Source of the DNA: Kiritimatiellia bacterium
GTDB lineage: Bacteria; Verrucomicrobiota; Kiritimatiellia; RFP12; UBA1067
DNA: 64,000 nucleotides
Direction of reading: 5' to 3'
Assembly (NCBI GenBank): GCA_016296065.1
Contig: JAEDKA010000011.1
Coordinates: 12,792-76,791 of the forward strand
Shown here: in pieces, positions 37,351 to 46,595 of the stretch
Numbering within the stretch: the stretch's first letter is position 1
How the letters are laid out: each line of letters opens with the position of its first letter
Translations under genes and position numbers: made by a program
The notes under the pieces: model-generated
Databases searched by the model: none
Told to the model about the DNA's origin: nothing
The model's input: the letters and a program-made list of their open reading frames with translations, nothing else

Positions 37351-39321
37351 CTATCTAAAGATGATGGTAAGTCCTTTGGGCTTGATGGTTATGCTGTTCA
37401 CACTTGTGGACAGACTCCAGCTTTCAGGAATGTCTATTGAGGCGAACGTGCCGGTAAATCCTCCCGTGCTTGTCACGATTGTATAGCGATGGTCTTTCGA
37501 CAGCGCGGACGGGTTGGCTATCGTGATACTCAGTTTGCTCAAGTCAAGGGTGCTTGTGGAGGAAATGCAACCTGTCTGTCCATGCTCATTCACCTCAATA
37601 GCAACACCGCCTTTCGGGTATGCGCTGGAGGCGAGTGACAGAACGGCGTTAGTCGCAATTGCGACATCACAATCTTCCGCGAGCGTGGCATTATCAGCAA
37701 GTGCCAGTGTACCCGTTTCCACGCGGATTGGAGCCGTGAAGGTGTTCTCACCCGTCAGCGTAAGAGTGCCTGCACCTGTCTTGGCGAAGCATCCGTCGAT
37801 TACATCCGGCCCGGCAACGTCGTTCAATGTGAGTTCATGCTCCGTCAACGGGCGATTCCAGATTCTCACTTCGTTGTAAGAACAGGCCGAGTCGCTGTCA
37901 TTGGAGTTCAAGCTCCGCCCAAGCCAGAAATGATCCTGATTTTGGTTCGCGGGGCTCCATCCAGACGGCAGCTGGTATGTGATCAGTTTCTCCAATTGCC
38001 CTGTCCCCGATTCCAGGCGATAAACTGTCGCCACCCAAATGCTGGCGCCAACAGATGCGACAACGACGGCGATATGATATTCGCTTCCCTTCTCAAATGC
38101 GGTGCCGCCGTTCACAATATTTTGGGTCGCGCCGTAGGTAATACCGAGGCAGGGGCAAAAACTTGCCCCGGAATTCCGTGTCCATGCAAAAAAGAAGTAG
38201 TCGGCTCCATCTGCCACAGCTCCTCCCGTAGATCCGATTTCAAAGCAGCGGCTCCATGCTTTTACCTCATCAAGCGTACCCCAGAGTTCCACCGTAAATC
38301 CGGTATCGTCCGTGGGCAATACATTGTTGCCGAGATCAACAGCACCGGCTTTCCCTGTTCCACCAGGCAATTTCACATATCCTTCTATTGGCACAAGGGA
38401 TGCTCCGCCATCTAAGACCGCAGTCATTTCGCCTATACTTATACTGTCAATCGCGTTACCATTGAAACTCCAGCGGTGCGCAAGGCTTGACACAGCCGAA
38501 ACATCCGATGCCGTCAACGGCTGGTTCATTGTAACGTCATTGCCGCATGTGTCGACAACGCCGCCGCGGTCGGTCACGCCGAATTCCGAAAGCACTCCGC
38601 TCTTCACAAATGCTGATGTACCAGCCGTTGTGCGCAACGTTCCACCATCCAGACATATTGTACGAGTGCCGGTAGAACCGCATGTCACACATTTCGCTGA
38701 AAGTGTCCCGCCACTAGCCAGGATAACCTCATTCGTCAAGGTTGAAGATGCTTTCCCGCTAAACCAAAGCCCTCGATTACCATTCACAGTCACGTTCGCC
38801 TGCCCGCCGACCAGCAAACTCCCTCGACCGTTGTAACCGATGCATATACCAGCATTGTCAATGGCGCTTTGTTGGACAAACGAACCGCCTAGAAAACAAA
38901 CACGTCCAAAACTATTTGCGTTTTGACCGAGAGTCAGATAGTCCGGTGCGCTTGCCGCGCCGTTAGACTGAAACCAAGTCCCGACTCCATCTTGTCCAAC
39001 AAGCATGTTTCCTTGCGACGTATAAGCGCCTCCTTCCATCTTCAACTCGCCTCCGCCACTGACCCAAAGCCCCCGCGAAACCGCAGAATCTCCATTTGTA
39101 ATCGTGACCGTGCAGTTGGCGTTCACAACTGCAACGCCTTCAGACGCATCGCCCGCAGGAACCGCACCGTTAGCCCATCCAGCTGGATCGCTCCAGTATC
39201 CGTCGCTAGAGCCCCATAAAATATTGTCAGCAGCAGATGACGAACTGACAGCGAGGCAACATACCAACCCAAGAAGCAAGTGATGTCTCTTAGCAAAACA
39301 GTTGCAATTCCAATGGTTCAT
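37351..39321 (-). CDS. Secreted PATR beta-strand-repeat protein with a central LamG/ConA-like lectin domain
   Basis: LAHRWSFNGNAIDS...GFTVELWGTL...EYHIAVVV...VRIWNRPLTEHEL (LamG). KTGAGTLTLTGENTFTAPIRVETGTLAL (PATR). C-terminal tail KGLTIIFR. Confidence 0.75.
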   Translation of the reverse strand: MNHWNCNCFAKRHHLLLGLVCCLAVSSSSAADNILWGSSDGYWSDPAGWANGAVPAGDASEGVAVVNANCTVTITNGDSAVSRGLWVSGGGELKMEGGAYTSQGNMLVGQDGVGTWFQSNGAASAPDYLTLGQNANSFGRVCFLGGSFVQQSAIDNAGICIGYNGRGSLLVGGQANVTVNGNRGLWFSGKASSTLTNEVILASGGTLSAKCVTCGSTGTRTICLDGGTLRTTAGTSAFVKSGVLSEFGVTDRGGVVDTCGNDVTMNQPLTASDVSAVSSLAHRWSFNGNAIDSISIGEMTAVLDGGASLVPIEGYVKLPGGTGKAGAVDLGNNVLPTDDTGFTVELWGTLDEVKAWSRCFEIGSTGGAVADGADYFFFAWTRNSGASFCPCLGITYGATQNIVNGGTAFEKGSEYHIAVVVASVGASIWVATVYRLESGTGQLEKLITYQLPSGWSPANQNQDHFWLGRSLNSNDSDSACSYNEVRIWNRPLTEHELTLNDVAGPDVIDGCFAKTGAGTLTLTGENTFTAPIRVETGTLALADNATLAEDCDVAIATNAVLSLASSAYPKGGVAIEVNEHGQTGCISSTSTLDLSKLSITIANPSALSKDHRYTIVTSTGGFTGTFASIDIPESWSLSTSVNSITIKPKGLTIIFR

Positions 39322-39334
39322 GTTCGTTCTCCTT

Positions 39335-40726
39335 TCAGATTTTTTCGATAGAATATTCCAAATAATTCACAAGCGCCTCAACGACGGCGTCCTGCCAGTC
39401 GCCTTGGACGAACGCGACGTGGTGGCGATAGCCGTTGCGGGCCATGTAGTTGAGCATGGCGTTCGCGTCGCCGCTTTCTGGGCGGAAGACGAAGCCCGTG
39501 CCGAAGAAGTCCTTCTCCAGCTTGTCGGTCGTGACCTTGCCCGTCGTGACGAAGCCCTGCGGAAGGCCGTCCTCGGTCTTCATGCTGGCGACGGTGAGCG
39601 GCATGGGCGTCACCTCGCCGCCGAAGATTCCGACTCCCGTCCCCGGACCGAACGCCTTCTTGAACATCAGGTGTTCGCCGACCTTGCCCTTGCCCTTCAG
39701 CATCTCTGCGGGAAGCGCCGAGCAGTGGAAGAAGATCGCCTTTTCCTTCGACTTGCCGAAGTTGTTGTTCACGTCGAACAGCCCGACGGGGCCGTCCGCC
39801 GCAAGCGCCAGCGCCTTCATGACGACGGCGTTGTTGACGTCCATCTCGCACGCGGCGGGAATTCCACTCGAATTCAGCATCGCCATCACGACGCATGGCG
39901 CGATCCCCCAGCGGTGCTGGAACTCGTCCCAGCAGCGGATCGCGAACGCGTCGATGGAGAGGTCGTTCCTGACCTTCTCCAGCGCAATGGCGAGACGGGC
40001 GAGGGCTTCCGCCTTTTCGGCGGGCCACTTTCCGAAGTCCGCGTAGCGCATGAGCTCCGAGACCTTTGCGGCGACTGACTTGGGATCGGCCTTTTCCATA
40101 GCCGCGAAAAGACTGGAAAGATCGACCGTCTCGATTCCAACGCCTTTCCGCTGATAGGCGATTTCGTCGAAGCGGACAGTCTTGAACGCTGTCGTCCTTG
40201 CGCCGACGGCGGCGACGTTCATCTTGCGCATCCCCTTCACGACGCGGCACGTCGCCGCGAAGAGACGCAGGTCCTCCGCGAACTCCGCGCTCTTCGGATC
40301 GACCGCAAAGCTCTTCGTGAGCGTAAACTTGATTCCCGCCTGCCGAAGAACGTTGCACATCGCGATCTTGCCGCAGACGGCGTCGCGGCGGTGCGAGAAG
40401 TCCATCTTACCGATTTCGTCGGGGTATGCCTGCACGAGAATCGGAACGCCCGCGTCGCGGAGCGCGTAAAGCGCCCCGTTCTCGTCGCCGAAGTTGGCGA
40501 GCGCCACTATGACGCCGTCCACCTCGTCTGCGTGGGTGCGCAGGAACTTGGCGAACGCGCGCCCCTCGGCCGGCGTCTCAACGGCGTCGTAGCGCGTGCC
40601 GGTCCCCTCCATGACCAGGGCCTCGTGCCCGTTCTTCTTCAGGACGGACTTGAAGTCCTTGATTGCCGAGGCGATCAACTCGCCCGGGAAGAATCCTCTG
40701 TTGCCGAACATTATCGCAAATTTCAT
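39335..40726 (-). CDS. L-fucose/L-arabinose isomerase-family sugar isomerase
   Basis: MKFAIMFGNRGFFPGELIASAIKDF...VIVALANFGDENGA...463 aa. Family assigned from recall of the short FucI-like architecture. ATGA overlap with the upstream MFS stop. Confidence 0.65.
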   Translation of the reverse strand: MKFAIMFGNRGFFPGELIASAIKDFKSVLKKNGHEALVMEGTGTRYDAVETPAEGRAFAKFLRTHADEVDGVIVALANFGDENGALYALRDAGVPILVQAYPDEIGKMDFSHRRDAVCGKIAMCNVLRQAGIKFTLTKSFAVDPKSAEFAEDLRLFAATCRVVKGMRKMNVAAVGARTTAFKTVRFDEIAYQRKGVGIETVDLSSLFAAMEKADPKSVAAKVSELMRYADFGKWPAEKAEALARLAIALEKVRNDLSIDAFAIRCWDEFQHRWGIAPCVVMAMLNSSGIPAACEMDVNNAVVMKALALAADGPVGLFDVNNNFGKSKEKAIFFHCSALPAEMLKGKGKVGEHLMFKKAFGPGTGVGIFGGEVTPMPLTVASMKTEDGLPQGFVTTGKVTTDKLEKDFFGTGFVFRPESGDANAMLNYMARNGYRHHVAFVQGDWQDAVVEALVNYLEYSIEKI

Positions 40727-41997
40727 GATGCGATTTCCTCCAATGTTTTACCTTTTGTTTCCGGACAAATGAAGATCGCCCAGAGAAGATGCACGACAAG
40801 GCAAGTCCCGAAGAACGAGAATATCGCGGCAGGAGCCCACGACTCCGCCATCGCCGGGAACACGAAAGTAAGCGTCGCGCAGAAGGACCAATGTATGAAG
40901 CTCCCCCAGCTCTGCCCCTGGGCGCGGAAGCGCTGCGGGAATATCTCGGAAATGAACACCCAGATGACGACACCCTGGCCCATTGCAAAGAATATGATGA
41001 ACGGGAAAATGCAGATTGCCGCGAGAAGTCCGAAGTCGAATACAAACGACGCCGAGGTCGCAAAGTGGGCGAGGATGCAGCCGATGGAGCCGATAATCAG
41101 CAAGGTGCGCCGTCCGAGGCGGTCGATGAGGAAGAGCCCCGCGAACGTGCCGAGCCCGAGGACGACGCTCATCGCCGCCGCCGTGGCGAGGGCGACCTGC
41201 GGCGTGAAGCCGGCCACCTCGAAGACGCGCTTGGCGAAATACATCATCGCATTGATGCCGGAAAGCTGATTGAACATCGCGACGCAGAATGCGAGAAGAA
41301 TCGGACGGAGGTTGGCGCGGGAGAAGAAAGACTGGTAGGGCGCGATGTCCCCATAGCGCCGAGCGGCGGCGTGAGGACAATCCGCCCTACCAGATGCCCC
41401 CCGCATTGCCAGCCAGCGCGGCGACTCGCTGATAAATAGCGTGACGATCGTAAAGGAAAAAGCCGGAATGGCCTCTGCGCCGAGCATCCAGCGCCATGTG
41501 ACGTCGCCAAGGCCTGCGGAACCTATCCCCCAGTTGACGAACTGCGAGACGACCATGCCAAGGACGATGTTGAACTGGAAAAGCCCCCCGAGCTGTCCGC
41601 GCCGCTCGGGCGGGGCGATTTCGGCAATGTAGACCGGAGCTGCGATGGACGACGCGCCGACGCCGAGTCCCCCAATGAAACGCGCAACCATCAGGTCCCA
41701 AGGTCCCGCCGCCAACGCGCTCCACACCGCCGAGACGAAGTAGAGCACGCCAACCCAGAATAGCGTCGGCTTGCGGCCGATCCAGTCGCAGACCTTGCCG
41801 CCGCACACCGCGCCGATGACGGTCCCCCACAAGGCGGAGCTCATCACGAGGCCATGGATGAACGAAGAAAGCGTCCAAACGGACTGTATCTGCTGCTCAC
41901 CTCCGTTTATGACAGCCGTGTCGTAGCCAAAGAGGAAGCCACCCATGGCGGCGGCCATGGCGAGAAAGAGAAGCCTTCCCCTATTCACCTTGTTCAT
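40723..41997 (-). CDS. MFS sugar porter (sugar:H+ symporter family)
   Basis: GGFLFGYDTAVINGG, GRKPTLF, ESPRWLAMRG. Start at Met35 of the track ORF (ATGA overlap with the aldolase stop at 41994-41996). Confidence 0.88.
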   Translation of the reverse strand: MNKVNRGRLLFLAMAAAMGGFLFGYDTAVINGGEQQIQSVWTLSSFIHGLVMSSALWGTVIGAVCGGKVCDWIGRKPTLFWVGVLYFVSAVWSALAAGPWDLMVARFIGGLGVGASSIAAPVYIAEIAPPERRGQLGGLFQFNIVLGMVVSQFVNWGIGSAGLGDVTWRWMLGAEAIPAFSFTIVTLFISESPRWLAMRGASGRADCPHAAARRYGDIAPYQSFFSRANLRPILLAFCVAMFNQLSGINAMMYFAKRVFEVAGFTPQVALATAAAMSVVLGLGTFAGLFLIDRLGRRTLLIIGSIGCILAHFATSASFVFDFGLLAAICIFPFIIFFAMGQGVVIWVFISEIFPQRFRAQGQSWGSFIHWSFCATLTFVFPAMAESWAPAAIFSFFGTCLVVHLLWAIFICPETKGKTLEEIAS

Positions 41998-42848
41998 GCC
42001 GCCTCCGGCTTGAAGAGTTTCATGACGCGCTTCACGTCTTCGCAGACGGCATTCGTCGCGCAAACCGCGAGATCGTGGAACATGACCTTTCCTTCGCACC
42101 CCGTCACGTACTTGCGGACAGCTTCGCCTGAAGCTATGGCGCCGTACGTGTAGTAGTTGATCTTGCGAATGCCCTTTGCGATGGCCTCATGGTAGTCGTC
42201 GTCGGAAAGCCCTGAGCCTCCATGCATCACGAGCGGCAGATCGCCCGTCGCCTTGCGCACCTCGTCGATGACCGAGAAGGAAAGCTTCGGCGTTGTCTTG
42301 TAGACGCCGTGCACGGTGCCGAAAGAGATGGCGAGGGCGTCGACGCCCGTTTCCGCGACGAACCGCGCGGCCTCCTCGGGCCTGGTATAGAAATCCTCAG
42401 GCGTGTATTCCTTCAGCTCGCCCTTAAGGTTGTGCGGCATCGCGCCAAGCTCAGCCTCGACGGTCGCGCCGAACTCATGGGCAACCTTGCAGACGAATGC
42501 CGTCTTTTCGATGTTCTCCTCGTAGGAAAGCGCGGAACCGTCGAACATGACGGACGAGAATCCGAGTTTCAGCGCCTTGAGGCACAGCTCTACCGAGTCC
42601 CCGTGGTCAAGATGCGCCGCTACGGGAGTCTTGGCAGCTTTCGCAAGCTGCACCATGATGGGCGCGGCGACGTCGAACGGACAATACTCCTCGTGCGCAG
42701 GGGCGTGTTCAAGAATGAACGGAATGCCGAGCTCTTCAGACGCGCGGATTGCGCCAAGTCCCGACTCGAGAGAAGCGAAATTGAACCCGCCCACGGCATA
42801 GCCGCCTTTCGCGGCGTCCGCAAGCATGCCTTTCATGTTGACCAGCAT
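41994..42848 (-). CDS. Class II ketose-(bis)phosphate aldolase (FBA/tagatose-bisphosphate aldolase family)
   Basis: GGYAVGGFNFASLE, AAHLDHGDS, SVMFDGSALSYEENI, VMHGGSGLSDDD. Confidence 0.88.
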   Translation of the reverse strand: MLVNMKGMLADAAKGGYAVGGFNFASLESGLGAIRASEELGIPFILEHAPAHEEYCPFDVAAPIMVQLAKAAKTPVAAHLDHGDSVELCLKALKLGFSSVMFDGSALSYEENIEKTAFVCKVAHEFGATVEAELGAMPHNLKGELKEYTPEDFYTRPEEAARFVAETGVDALAISFGTVHGVYKTTPKLSFSVIDEVRKATGDLPLVMHGGSGLSDDDYHEAIAKGIRKINYYTYGAIASGEAVRKYVTGCEGKVMFHDLAVCATNAVCEDVKRVMKLFKPEAA

Positions 42849-43942
42849 ACAGACCTCCTGTTAAAGCGTTTTTCAAGATCCAGCGTCTCGGACAGCGAAC
42901 GCGCGCCACTTGTCGAGTCGGCGACGGACAGATTGCAGGCCGCCGCGCACGACGCAAGGCGCATCCCCTCCTCCGGCGACATCCCGGCAAGAAACGAATA
43001 GAGCATTCCCGCGCAGAATGCATCTCCCGCGCCAGTCGATCCGACGATCCACCCTTTTGGCAAGTCGAGCGATCCGACGGAGACGAAGCGCCCCGCGCCG
43101 TCCATCGCCGCCGATCCTTCCGGACGGTGCACCACGGCGCATTCCCGCACACCAAGCGACATCAACCCCTCGCACAGGCCGCGCATGTCATCCCCGTCTC
43201 GGCCGGTCGCGCGCGACGCCTCGATTTCGTTGACGACGCAGTAGTCACAGTATCGAAGCGCGGGGCGGACGATTCTCACAAAGCGGTCGGACTGTTCGGA
43301 GACGATGTCTATGGACGTCTTGACTCCCGCCGCCTGCACCTTCGCCAGAAGCCGCGCCGCCTTCGTGCCGTAGTCGCCGTCAGCGGCGTCCAGTCCGTCC
43401 AGGAGCAGAAGATATCCAAGGTGGAATATGGCGCAGTCAAGGGAACGCGGGTCGACGTCTTCCGGAGACAGGAGCGAGTCGGCTCCATGCATGTTGAAGA
43501 ACGTCCGCTCCCCCGTTGTCGTCAAGGTCATGCAGTCCGTGAACGTCGTCGGCGCAGCATCCGTTCTTGAAACAAGCGAAACGTCCAATCCATGTCGAGA
43601 CATCTCGTTCACGACAAAATTGCCTGCGTCGTCAGAGCCAATCTTTCCGAGCGCCGCGACCTCCAGTGCAGAATCAAGCGTCTTCAGCGCAATTCCGGTG
43701 TTGCACACACTGCCGCCCACCGAACGCCTCATCGACAAGATGGGCGCGAGCATTCCTTTCTCTGGCAGAAATGGAATCATTTTCACGTTGTCCGCGATGA
43801 TATTCCCCGCCAGCACAACCTTTCCGTTAGGGATGGAATACGGCATGAAACAATGGCCAAGCGCCAGCGACTCGTTCGAGTCGACCTGCGCAACTCTGCG
43901 CCGAGAGGCCAGTTCCTTCGCTATTTGCTGTTCATGCATCAT
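42833..43942 (-). CDS. PfkB-family carbohydrate kinase
   Basis: GKVVLAGNIIADNV, GGSVCNTGIAL, C-terminal VGSTGAGDAFCAGMLY (PfkB signature 2). Start at Met54 of the track ORF, preceded by SD AAGGAA. A later start is possible. Confidence 0.78.
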   Translation of the reverse strand: MMHEQQIAKELASRRRVAQVDSNESLALGHCFMPYSIPNGKVVLAGNIIADNVKMIPFLPEKGMLAPILSMRRSVGGSVCNTGIALKTLDSALEVAALGKIGSDDAGNFVVNEMSRHGLDVSLVSRTDAAPTTFTDCMTLTTTGERTFFNMHGADSLLSPEDVDPRSLDCAIFHLGYLLLLDGLDAADGDYGTKAARLLAKVQAAGVKTSIDIVSEQSDRFVRIVRPALRYCDYCVVNEIEASRATGRDGDDMRGLCEGLMSLGVRECAVVHRPEGSAAMDGAGRFVSVGSLDLPKGWIVGSTGAGDAFCAGMLYSFLAGMSPEEGMRLASCAAACNLSVADSTSGARSLSETLDLEKRFNRRSVCWST

Positions 43943-43974
43943 TCCGGTTGATTCCTTTACAAGTTTTCGAGAGT

Positions 43975-44014
43975 ATTTTAACACAACCACCGTAATCTGA
44001 AAATTGCAAATTTT
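43975..44014 (-). promoter_or_regulatory. Promoter and operator of the kinase-aldolase-MFS-isomerase operon
   Basis: Minus strand reads AAAATTTGCAAT-N22-TAAAAT, then a 32-nt leader with SD. The 15-bp AT palindrome aaaattgcaaatttt lies at 44000-44014. Confidence 0.5.
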
Positions 44015-44204
44015 AAATGTAGATTTACACGATTCAGCCGGTGTGCGCCATGCCAATCGAGATCGCCGAGACGACAGAGACAACCGCAAAACGAGCAGCA
44101 TCCTTCATAGCTTGTCTATTCCTTTCTTGGCTTTTAGCTACAAGTATTTTAGCAAAACATTTTGACGCTGAATATTGCATTGTATAACTGACAAGTTGCA
44201 TAAT

Positions 44205-45179
44205 TCAGCAGGATGGGGTGTCTGGGCAAAAGTCTAACGACACGCTGCGTACTGCGCTTCGCACGGGCACCGTCACCATGGGATCGCCCGCTGGACTTGG
44301 AATCGAAAACCCCTTCAGGACGCCGTCGATCGTCGCACAGTCCGGACGGCAGCGGCATGTCGCGTAGCCCACGTCGCCCCACGCGGATGCCGACGGCAGG
44401 CAGACTTCCCGCTCGCCCTCAGTACGCCAGCGGTGGAAATGCCCGTGTATGTACCCTGCGACGCCCGGCGACGAACGCAGCACGGCCTCCAGCCGCTCGC
44501 CTCCGCACCAAAGGTCGCTGCATGGATGATGGGCGCAGACTATTACCGGCTTGGCTCGGAGCGCGAGGAACTTTTTCAGAAAGACCTGTTCGTCCTTCGA
44601 CAGTGCGCCGCCCTGCGGACCTTCGTCGGCAGAGTCCCTGTTGTCTTGCCCCTGCAGGGAATCGAGCATCAGGAAATCCACGTGCGGCGTTTCGGCAAGA
44701 TGCACGTAGCGCCCCGGCACAAGCGACTTCGCCGCAGCCTCGGGCCAGCGCTTCGCGTATTCGCTCCGGCGGTCGTGGTTGCCCATCCCTATCGTGACGG
44801 CAATCCCGGCGTCCTCCAGTTTCCTGAAAAGCGGACGCGAAAAGTCGTAGTCCTCGCCCAGTCCGCACCTGTACGCGATATCGCCGAAGACAAGCACGTT
44901 GCGCGGCAACGGACGCATGGCGAGTATTTCGTCCACGGTCTCCTTGAACTTCCTGCGAGCAACGGAGCACTTCTTGTCCGCCCCCGCATGGATGTCTGCA
45001 AGGAAAGCGACAAGATTGTCGTCGAAGCGGGCGGAAGACGCGTCGCCGCGCAGATCGGCGCAAATGCCCGCCTTCAACACTGGCATGAACACTGACGCCA
45101 CGGTCGCCGCTCCCAGGCCAAGGAAGTCGCGCCGCCCGATTTCAGTGCCATTGCCGATTCTGGATTTTGCCTCTTCCAT
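44205..45179 (-). CDS. Tat-exported calcineurin-like metallophosphoesterase (paralog)
   Basis: GRRDFLGLGAATVASVFMP, LADIHAG, VFGDIAY, GMGNHD, VCAHHP, GHFHRW. Confidence 0.85.
   Translation of the reverse strand: MEEAKSRIGNGTEIGRRDFLGLGAATVASVFMPVLKAGICADLRGDASSARFDDNLVAFLADIHAGADKKCSVARRKFKETVDEILAMRPLPRNVLVFGDIAYRCGLGEDYDFSRPLFRKLEDAGIAVTIGMGNHDRRSEYAKRWPEAAAKSLVPGRYVHLAETPHVDFLMLDSLQGQDNRDSADEGPQGGALSKDEQVFLKKFLALRAKPVIVCAHHPCSDLWCGGERLEAVLRSSPGVAGYIHGHFHRWRTEGEREVCLPSASAWGDVGYATCRCRPDCATIDGVLKGFSIPSPAGDPMVTVPVRSAVRSVSLDFCPDTPSC
44665..45152. repeat. Near-identical segment shared with 34408-34895
   Basis: See 34408-34895. Confidence 0.9.
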
Positions 45180-45194
45180 GTCGACTCGAATCGT

Positions 45195-46595
45195 TCATTG
45201 CTCCGCGTACGCATGCGAACGAGCCTGCCACAGGCACGCGAACAGCAAGGCCCCCGCCGCCGCTACGGCCACCATCACAAGAAGCGGAAGACGCCATCCG
45301 CCGGAAGACTGGGCCAGGTCGCCGCAGACCTTCCCCGCGACCGAGACGCCGGCATACGAGAAAAGCGATATGAAGCCTATCGCAGTTCCAGCGTGGCGCT
45401 TTGTCGCAAGGTTCGTCGCAGTAACTCCCGTGAGCGCCTGTGGTCCGTAGAGGCAGAAGCCTCCTGCGCAAAGCGCCGCCGCGCCGCCGATTCCGGCGGG
45501 CAGGAACCAGAACGCGGCGAAGAGCGCGGCGGTGAGCGCCATGAGGAACACGCTGAGCCGCGGCGCCCTGCCGCCGAAGAAGCGGTCTGTCGCCCATCCG
45601 GCGAAGAGCATGCCCGCGATGCCCGCGAACTCGAAAAGCATGATCACCGTCCCCGTCTCCCCAGGGGCGAGGCCCTTCGCCTCCTGCAGCATCGTCGGAC
45701 CCCAATCGGCGACGAGCGCCCTTGTCGCGTTGATCGTGAAGTTGATGAAGCCGAGCATCCATATCACGGGATTGAGGAACACCATCTTCATCGCGCTGCT
45801 CCCGGTCGAGTTGTAACGTGCCACTCCATCGTCGAGTGTTCCATGTCTCTTGCCCAAGCCGTCCGCTTCCGTCCCGGGCAGATCGGGAAGCCCCTCGTCC
45901 TTCGGTGTTCCCGGGAGCCAGAGCACCATAAGAAGAAGACCCAGTCCGCCGAGAATCGCCATCGCCCAGAAGCACCAGCGCCACATGCCCACGCCCTGGT
46001 TCGCGCTTCCTATCACGCCGAGCCCCATGATGACGCCGCAAATCTTGGCGACAAGGCCGCCGCCTATCGAGTGGGACGTGTTCCAGACGGACATTTTCGT
46101 CGCGAGTTCCTTCGGCGGAATCCAGAACGCTATCAGCTTTGCGCACGGCGGGAAGCCGGTCCCCTGGAAGAACTGGTTGAGGACCAGCAATATCCCAAAC
46201 GTCCAGGCAAGGGCGGCGGTGCCGGATGCAGATGCCGACGGCTGCGGCCCTCCTGCCGCGCCGAACAAAGCGGCAATCCGAGGCGCGAAGCCGAAGGCGA
46301 CATTGACGAGCGTACACGCGAGGAGTCCGAAGCAGAGCATCTTCTTCGGATTCACCCTGTCGCCGACGATGCCGTTGACGAACTTGGACAATCCATAGAC
46401 GATTCCGCCCCAGAAGAGGAAGTTGCCGAGCATCGACTTCGAAACGCCGCAGTCCTGCTGAAGCCCGGGCATTGCGAAGGAGAAGTTCTTGCGCATGAAG
46501 TAGAAGAGCGTGTAGCCGATCATCGTGGCGAAAAGCATCCGCCACTGCATGCGCCCGAAACGGCGGTCCGTTTCCCTGTCTTCGAATATTTTCAT
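45195..46595 (-). CDS. MFS organophosphate:phosphate antiporter (GlpT/UhpC family)
   Basis: RMQWRMLFATMIGYTLFYFMRKNFSFAMP...GNFLFWGGIVYGLSKFVNGIVGDRVNPKKM is the typical OPA-family N-terminus. TGATG overlap with the upstream stop. Confidence 0.85.
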   Translation of the reverse strand: MKIFEDRETDRRFGRMQWRMLFATMIGYTLFYFMRKNFSFAMPGLQQDCGVSKSMLGNFLFWGGIVYGLSKFVNGIVGDRVNPKKMLCFGLLACTLVNVAFGFAPRIAALFGAAGGPQPSASASGTAALAWTFGILLVLNQFFQGTGFPPCAKLIAFWIPPKELATKMSVWNTSHSIGGGLVAKICGVIMGLGVIGSANQGVGMWRWCFWAMAILGGLGLLLMVLWLPGTPKDEGLPDLPGTEADGLGKRHGTLDDGVARYNSTGSSAMKMVFLNPVIWMLGFINFTINATRALVADWGPTMLQEAKGLAPGETGTVIMLFEFAGIAGMLFAGWATDRFFGGRAPRLSVFLMALTAALFAAFWFLPAGIGGAAALCAGGFCLYGPQALTGVTATNLATKRHAGTAIGFISLFSYAGVSVAGKVCGDLAQSSGGWRLPLLVMVAVAAAGALLFACLWQARSHAYAEQ

